Position numbers and translations under genes: made by a program. A model generated the notes under the pieces. The model was not told where the DNA came from. It was given only the letters and a program-made list of their open reading frames with translations, and searched no databases. From Nitrospirales bacterium (GTDB lineage Bacteria; Nitrospirota; Nitrospiria; Nitrospirales; UBA8639), in the NCBI GenBank assembly GCA_963555755.3, contig OY820905.2, positions 3,552,001 to 3,616,000 of the forward strand: a DNA stretch of 64,000 nt, written 5' to 3'. Positions 58,681-64,000 of the stretch are shown in pieces. The stretch's first letter is position 1. The number at the start of each line of letters is the position of its first letter.

Positions 58681-60951
58681 ATGATCATGAATCGACGTCG
58701 AAAGAGTCCGATTGCACAATTCTTGACGATAGCCGTGGGTATAAGCCTCTTGCTTGTGCCCATGAACACCGTTGCGACTGAACCCAGACACCTCACATCC
58801 CCGAACGTCACACCTGAATCAACGGGGAATCTGTTGGCTGGGGAGGCCAGCCCCTACTTAAGAGAAGCTTCACGGCAACCAGTACACTGGCGCCCCTGGA
58901 ATCAAGCGGCTTTTCAACAGGCGCAAGAAGAAGATAAACCCATCCTCCTGGATATTGGTGCTGTCTGGTGTCATTGGTGTCACGTGATGGACATGGAGTC
59001 GTATGAAAATCAGGAGATTGCTAATCTCATCAACCAAAATTTTGTCGCGATCAAAGTGGATATGGATGAGCGACCGGATATTGACCGTAGATACCAGGAA
59101 GCTGTTCGGGCTTTGACAGGCCAAGGTGGCTGGCCATTGACCGCGTTTCTTACATCGGAAGGCCAGGTATTTTTTGGTGGCACGTATTTCCCGCCGACCA
59201 CGCGTGGGAGACGAACAGGCCTGAAGCAGCTACTGCCTGAATTGGTGAGGGTGTACACAGTGGGCAAGGCTCAAGTGCAGGTCAGTGCAGCGCAACTGGC
59301 CAGGACCTTGGCCAGCTATGGCGCGCGCGCTAATCAGAAAGGTCCCCTCTTCGAGGGCCTCGTGCAGTCCGTGACCACGAGTATGGCCAAGGAGTTTGAT
59401 CCCGTGAACGGTGGCTTTGGCACTGGCGCGAAATTTCCCTCGGGGAGTGCGATGGATTTGGCGTTGGCCACGTACTTTGTCAATCAGGATCCGAAGATGC
59501 TGGAGATTGCCACCAAGACGTTGGATGCCATGGCCCATGGCGGGGTATACGATCACATCGGTGGAGGGTTTTTCCGATATGCCACTGATCCGCAGTGGAC
59601 CGTTCCCCATTTTGAAAAAATGAACTACGACAATGCAGAACTCTTAATGAATTATCTCCACGCTTACCAGGCCACAGGGAATGTGTTGTATCGGAAGATC
59701 GCCGAGGGTATCAGGATTTATGTCAATGGCGTGCTGTCGAATCAAGACACCGGCGGGTTTTATGCTCATCAGGATGCCGACATGACACGGGAAGACGATG
59801 GAGATTATTACACCTGGACGGTTCAAGACGTGCGGCAGGCCCTCCCCCAAGATGAAGAAGAGGTCATTCTCCGCTACTACGATATTCAAGCCCTGGGGGA
59901 GATGCGGGAGAATCCTGCCAAGAATGTCCCGTTGATTGCCACTACGTCAGAGGCCATTGCCCAAGAGCTAAAGGTACCGATAGACAAAGTCAGGGAGCTC
60001 ATCCGCCATGGCACACAACATTTGTATCAGGCACGTCTGACACGCAAAGCCCCACTGGTCGATCAGACTATGTATGCTGACCGTAATGGGATGTTGATCT
60101 CCGCGTACCTGGAAGCTTTTCAGGTTCTCGGAGATGAACACGCGAAGGCCTTTGCGCTCAAGACGCTTGATCTCTTGCTTCGAGCAGCCTATCGAGAAGG
60201 GCAAGGAATGTACCACGCGTATTTTGAAGGGCAGGCACGTGTCCCAGGATTGCTCAATGATCAGGTGCAGATGGCCAACGCTTCACTGGATGCGTTCGAA
60301 GTCACTGGGGAAACGCGGTATCTGGCCGTGGCCAAGGATCTCATGGATTATGCCATCGTCACATTGTGGGACTCACAAGCCGGCGGGTTTTTCGATCGCG
60401 CCCCTCAAGCAGATGCCCTCGCGGTGTTAGGGCGACCGGTCAAGGATATCAGTGATAACCCCACGGCTTCCCCCAATGGTGTCGCCGCCGCCGTCCTCGA
60501 TCGGCTGGCCTCGCTGACAAATCGCCAAGACTATGCACAGAAAGCCCGTGAAACGTTGGAGGCCTTCGCCGGCTCAGCGCAGCGGCGTGGGCGATTTATT
60601 GCCGCCTACGCCCTGGCCGTGTACCATCATTTCAATCGTCCAGCTCAGGCGGTGATCATCGGCAAGAAAAACGATCCCAAAACGCAGAGTCTCTGGAACG
60701 CCGCCCTGACTAGTTATCGTCCGGGGAAAATCGTCGCGGTGTATGATCCGACGGAAGTGAAACTAGACCATCTCCCGCCAGCCGTCGCCGGGGCCGTCAA
60801 AGTATTTGGTATCAAAGGAGAGCCTCGCGCGTATGTCTGTGCCGGCGTCACCTGCGCCCCACCCACCACGGACCCGAACGAAGTTGCGACTCTCGTGAAA
60901 ACCTACGGTGTGATCAACCCTCACCCGAAAGAAGTCATTCCACATTCATAA
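58681..60951 (+). CDS. YyaL/SSP411-like thioredoxin-domain protein with signal peptide
   Basis: LAGEASPYL, WCHWCHVM..ESY, ERPDID..Y, GGWPLT, PHFEKM.YDN, C-terminal CAGVTC..P. Confidence 0.92.
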   Translation: MIMNRRRKSPIAQFLTIAVGISLLLVPMNTVATEPRHLTSPNVTPESTGNLLAGEASPYLREASRQPVHWRPWNQAAFQQAQEEDKPILLDIGAVWCHWCHVMDMESYENQEIANLINQNFVAIKVDMDERPDIDRRYQEAVRALTGQGGWPLTAFLTSEGQVFFGGTYFPPTTRGRRTGLKQLLPELVRVYTVGKAQVQVSAAQLARTLASYGARANQKGPLFEGLVQSVTTSMAKEFDPVNGGFGTGAKFPSGSAMDLALATYFVNQDPKMLEIATKTLDAMAHGGVYDHIGGGFFRYATDPQWTVPHFEKMNYDNAELLMNYLHAYQATGNVLYRKIAEGIRIYVNGVLSNQDTGGFYAHQDADMTREDDGDYYTWTVQDVRQALPQDEEEVILRYYDIQALGEMRENPAKNVPLIATTSEAIAQELKVPIDKVRELIRHGTQHLYQARLTRKAPLVDQTMYADRNGMLISAYLEAFQVLGDEHAKAFALKTLDLLLRAAYREGQGMYHAYFEGQARVPGLLNDQVQMANASLDAFEVTGETRYLAVAKDLMDYAIVTLWDSQAGGFFDRAPQADALAVLGRPVKDISDNPTASPNGVAAAVLDRLASLTNRQDYAQKARETLEAFAGSAQRRGRFIAAYALAVYHHFNRPAQAVIIGKKNDPKTQSLWNAALTSYRPGKIVAVYDPTEVKLDHLPPAVAGAVKVFGIKGEPRAYVCAGVTCAPPTTDPNEVATLVKTYGVINPHPKEVIPHS

Positions 60952-61092
60952 GGGCACCTCTAAAAACCGTCCTTTTCTGTGATGGCGGCGTCAGCCGCGT
61001 GCTCACATCCTCATGTATTCGCCCATACATTCCGGTTTTCCGCGCGCGGTTTCCTTGCCCTCACATAAAATGCCTGGTTTGTAGAGGTGCTC
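60952..61092. mobile_element. MITE-like element (TIR G(G/A)GCACCTCTA)
   Basis: TAA-GGGCACCTCTAAAAAC...GTTTGTAGAGGTGCTC-ATAA, starting right after the yyaL stop. Confidence 0.7.
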
Positions 61093-61163
61093 ATAACTCT
61101 CCAGTGCTGAAACTCAACCAAAATTCACTGGGGAAAATGAGAATAGTACCGTTACTCAACTTA

Positions 61164-61320
61164 GGGCTCGCGCAAAAATAACTTCCCCTGTTTGGGTGAT
61201 GAGACACCTGTCTGGCAAGGCGCGAGGACTGCGCATACCCCTCGTATGGAAAGGACGAGCAACGCCGCCAGACGGGATGGATCGACGCTCAAACAGGGGA
61301 AGTTATTCTTGCGCGAGCCC
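61164..61320. mobile_element. MITE family B, TSD TTA
   Basis: TTA-GGGCTCGCGC...GCGCGAGCCC-TTA. Confidence 0.88.
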
Positions 61321-61391
61321 TTAACCAAGTCTGACACCGTTTCAATCAGGAAGTATCCCCCGTCAGCCGTGGCGGGAAAGGGCATACCCAA

Positions 61392-61582
61392 GGGAATGTT
61401 GAAAAAAGCCGCCAGCGGCGTTCTCGCACTTTTGCCGTGCTCACGTACTATGAGTACGCTCCGCGCGTCAAAAGTGCTGCAGCCTTGCTGGACGGACTTT
61501 TTTGAACATTCCCTCCTACTGACGATATCGGGCTCATCTGGAGTGTGTATTGGCTATTGACGTGAATTATTCAACAGCCCCC
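61392..61582. mobile_element. MITE family A long form
   Basis: Similar to 57013-57225. Confidence 0.8.
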
Positions 61583-61741
61583 CTATTAAAACAGGGAAGC
61601 CTGAAAGGCGCGGAAGCACTCCCATCGAACTACTAGTCCTCGATTCAGAGAACCCAAAAAATGGCAACTGAGGTCACGTATTCCCGCTCCTTCATTTTCT
61701 GCCACCCTTTTCTTTCTCTTTATCCTTTCGCTGTTCCCTTT

Positions 61742-62066
61742 TGTCATTTCGACCCCAAGGAGAAATCTCGTATTCTCTCACACCAGCCCCCGTGGCTTAA
61801 AAAAGTGGATGCTACCCTTTATAAGGGCACCAAGATTGATCGAACTGATGAACGGAAGGGGATGAGCAATCAGTCCCACTCTGTCATTTCGAGTGGAAGG
61901 AGAAATCTCTCTGTTGGGGTTGGACGGCCTGCCCATGCGTGGTGGGAGTGGCAAGATTTCTCCCCAGGGTCGACATGACAACAGGAGGGGAGTTGCAAGG
62001 TTAGAAGCCTATTCGAGATGAGCAATTAGGGGTTCTCCTTTGTCATTTCGAGTGGAAGGAGAAATC
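61742..62066. repeat. GTCATTTCGA/AGAAATCT palindromic repeat cluster
   Basis: Reverse-oriented relative of the 24801-25198 unit. Confidence 0.75.
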
Positions 62067-62222
62067 GGATCATGCAGAATTTAGGGTTCTGGCAGCACAA
62101 TACGATCAGGTGCAAATAAATTTATGGCACTCCTCGTGGGTTATGTTGCCTCTCCTTTTGAGCGAATTGCGTCGTCTTTTATTTTTAGGTAGCTGCAGCA
62201 TCTCATGCTGCCTCTTCCTGGC

Positions 62223-64000
62223 GTACGCCGGGCATGATCGAGTAATTGGAGGTGCCAGTGCAATGACATTGTAGTCCTCTGCGGGGCCTGCCGGAGGCAA
62301 CCGCGAGTCGCAGGGCAACTGCGTCGCCGTGAGGCGAGGTGGGATGGAAGCCTGAGACGAACCGCAGCACCGAACGAACAGTCAAGCGCCTATAGGCACG
62401 TCGGTCCGGGTGAGTGTGCGCCATAACACGACGCCCAATATTCGGTCGGGACCGACGGGTAAAGGCGACGGAGGCGGCGGGACATGACTCGATCTTATCC
62501 CGGGAGATCTCCATGTGTCCCCAGATGGGATAGGGCTGGAGGAGGAAACGACGACAGCCCGATGCGCGTGGAGAAGTCGGATCATTCCATCGTAGCGATG
62601 AAACCCTCGAAAGAGGATGGAGCCAAGGGAGTGACAGAGATGAAAAGAGCCGAAAGACGACAACTGAACTTCGCGTTCGCAGACCAGCCCGAAGAGGGAC
62701 GCGGACAGGCCAAGGCCCCGGGCGTCCCCGAGGTCAAAGCCTGGCTGCGGCAGATAGCGAAGAGCAAGGAGTCGAACCAATCGGCCGCCAGAGTAGATTC
62801 GCCGAAGGCGGGTTTACTCGAACAGGTAGCGTCCTCGCCGAATCTGGCGAAGGCGCTGTTGAACGTCGTAGGCAACAACGGTGCGGCAGGTGTGGACGGA
62901 AAGAGCGTGAAAGAAGTGCTTCAGAACGTTCGGGCCCTTCTCCCCAAGCTCCAACATGCGCTGCTGAAGGAGACCTATCGCCCCGGTGACATCCGGCGGG
63001 TTTGGTTACCTAAGCCCGGAGGAGGAGAGCGGGGGTTGGGGATACCCACCGTGATAGATCGATGGGTGCAAGAAGCGACCCGGCATGTGCTGGAACCGAT
63101 GTTCGAGCTCCATTTCCACCCCAGTAGTCATGGATTCCGTCCGAAACGAGGCGCACAGACCGCCATCGCGGAAGCAAAACGGCATATCGAAGAAGGGCGC
63201 GAAGTGGTTGTAGCTTGGGACCTATCCACATTCTTCGATCGCGTAAACCATCAGAGGCTTCTGAACCGTTTGGCTCAGAAAGCCGAAGATGGACGCGTCT
63301 TGAAACTGATACACCGGAGGCTCAAAGCGAAAGTGGTCATGCCCGACGGAGCGGTCATCACGGTCAAAGAAGGCACACCTCAAGGCGGCCCACTAAGCCC
63401 GTTGCTATCCAGCGGCGTACTCGACGAACTGGATTGGGAACTGGAACGACGTGGGCTGAGCTGTGTGCGCTACGCCGACGAGGCGAACATCTACGTGCAT
63501 AGCGAACGTGCTGGAGACCGGGTGATGGACTCAACTCGCCGCTTCATCGAAAAGCGTTTGCGTGTGAAGGTGAACGAAGAGAAGAGCTCGGTAACCAGCC
63601 CCGATAAAGTTCATTTCCTGGGGTTCTGCTTTCGCAGGAGTCGGGAAGGCACGCTGGAGGTGCATCTATCGGAGCGAAGCAACCGGCGCATAAGCGTCCG
63701 TATCCGGGAACTGACCCCGCGCAAGTGGGGCCAATCACTGGAGCGGTGCCTCTCCGAATTGAACACCTACCTGCGGGGTTGGGAAGCCTACTTCGGCGGG
63801 ATAGGCACTCGTGGTGGAGCCTATCGCTTCCATACTTTTGATGGGCATATACGCAGGCGACTGCGAGCGCTCATCATTCGTCAGAAGCGCCGACCCCGAC
63901 ACCTGCATCGACATCTCAAAGCGCGTGGCGTTCGCGGGGAAGTAGCGGCGCGCGCCGCGTTCGCGCAACGCGGCACAAGAGCTGTACTTGGGCTCTGCAT
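62223..64000 (+). mobile_element. group II intron, class IIC-like (3' end outside window)
   Basis: 5' end GTACGCCGGGCATG after the hairpin GCAGCAT-CTC-ATGCTGC; putative IBS1 TGGC / EBS1 GCCA (62420-62423); RT ORF follows. Confidence 0.8.
62640..64000 (+). CDS. ltrA: group II intron reverse transcriptase/maturase (3'-partial, YADE variant)
   Basis: GAAGVDG, R.LGIPT..DR, SHGFRPKR, FFDRVNH, GTPQGGPLSPLL, RYADE, FLGF, YLRGWEAYF; frame open to the window end. Confidence 0.9.
   Translation, partial: MKRAERRQLNFAFADQPEEGRGQAKAPGVPEVKAWLRQIAKSKESNQSAARVDSPKAGLLEQVASSPNLAKALLNVVGNNGAAGVDGKSVKEVLQNVRALLPKLQHALLKETYRPGDIRRVWLPKPGGGERGLGIPTVIDRWVQEATRHVLEPMFELHFHPSSHGFRPKRGAQTAIAEAKRHIEEGREVVVAWDLSTFFDRVNHQRLLNRLAQKAEDGRVLKLIHRRLKAKVVMPDGAVITVKEGTPQGGPLSPLLSSGVLDELDWELERRGLSCVRYADEANIYVHSERAGDRVMDSTRRFIEKRLRVKVNEEKSSVTSPDKVHFLGFCFRRSREGTLEVHLSERSNRRISVRIRELTPRKWGQSLERCLSELNTYLRGWEAYFGGIGTRGGAYRFHTFDGHIRRRLRALIIRQKRRPRHLHRHLKARGVRGEVAARAAFAQRGTRAVLGLC

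Overview
Bacterial chromosomal window, most likely a Nitrospirales (Nitrospira-like) organism (inferred from gene order and protein style). Positions ~1.8-39 kb hold core genes, almost all on the - strand: slt, zapB, zapA, rny, ymdB, xseA, xseB, tlyA, an NDP-sugar epimerase, a rhodanese-domain gene (+), asnS, then a dcw cluster without mraZ (rsmH-ftsL-ftsI-murE-murF-mraY-murD-ftsW-murG-murC-murB-ddl-ftsQ-ftsA-ftsZ-pgeF-yggS-yggT-serine hydrolase). Many intergenic gaps carry MITE-like or palindromic repeats. Positions ~39.5-64 kb are accessory. They contain IS1595, an IS4-disrupted autotransporter with 25-aa repeats, and an IS110 element whose bridge-RNA target and donor guides can be read directly from the sequence. 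They also contain a disrupted HD-GYP gene, an EAL/HDOD gene, two copies of a 746-bp nested non-autonomous element, a DsbA/TlpA/YyaL thiol-redox cluster and a class IIC intron whose RT has YADE instead of YADD. Two unrelated IS elements (ISAs1 and IS4) both carry an N-terminal DUF4338/DruA-like domain fused to the transposase. All calls are by eye; no databases were searched.
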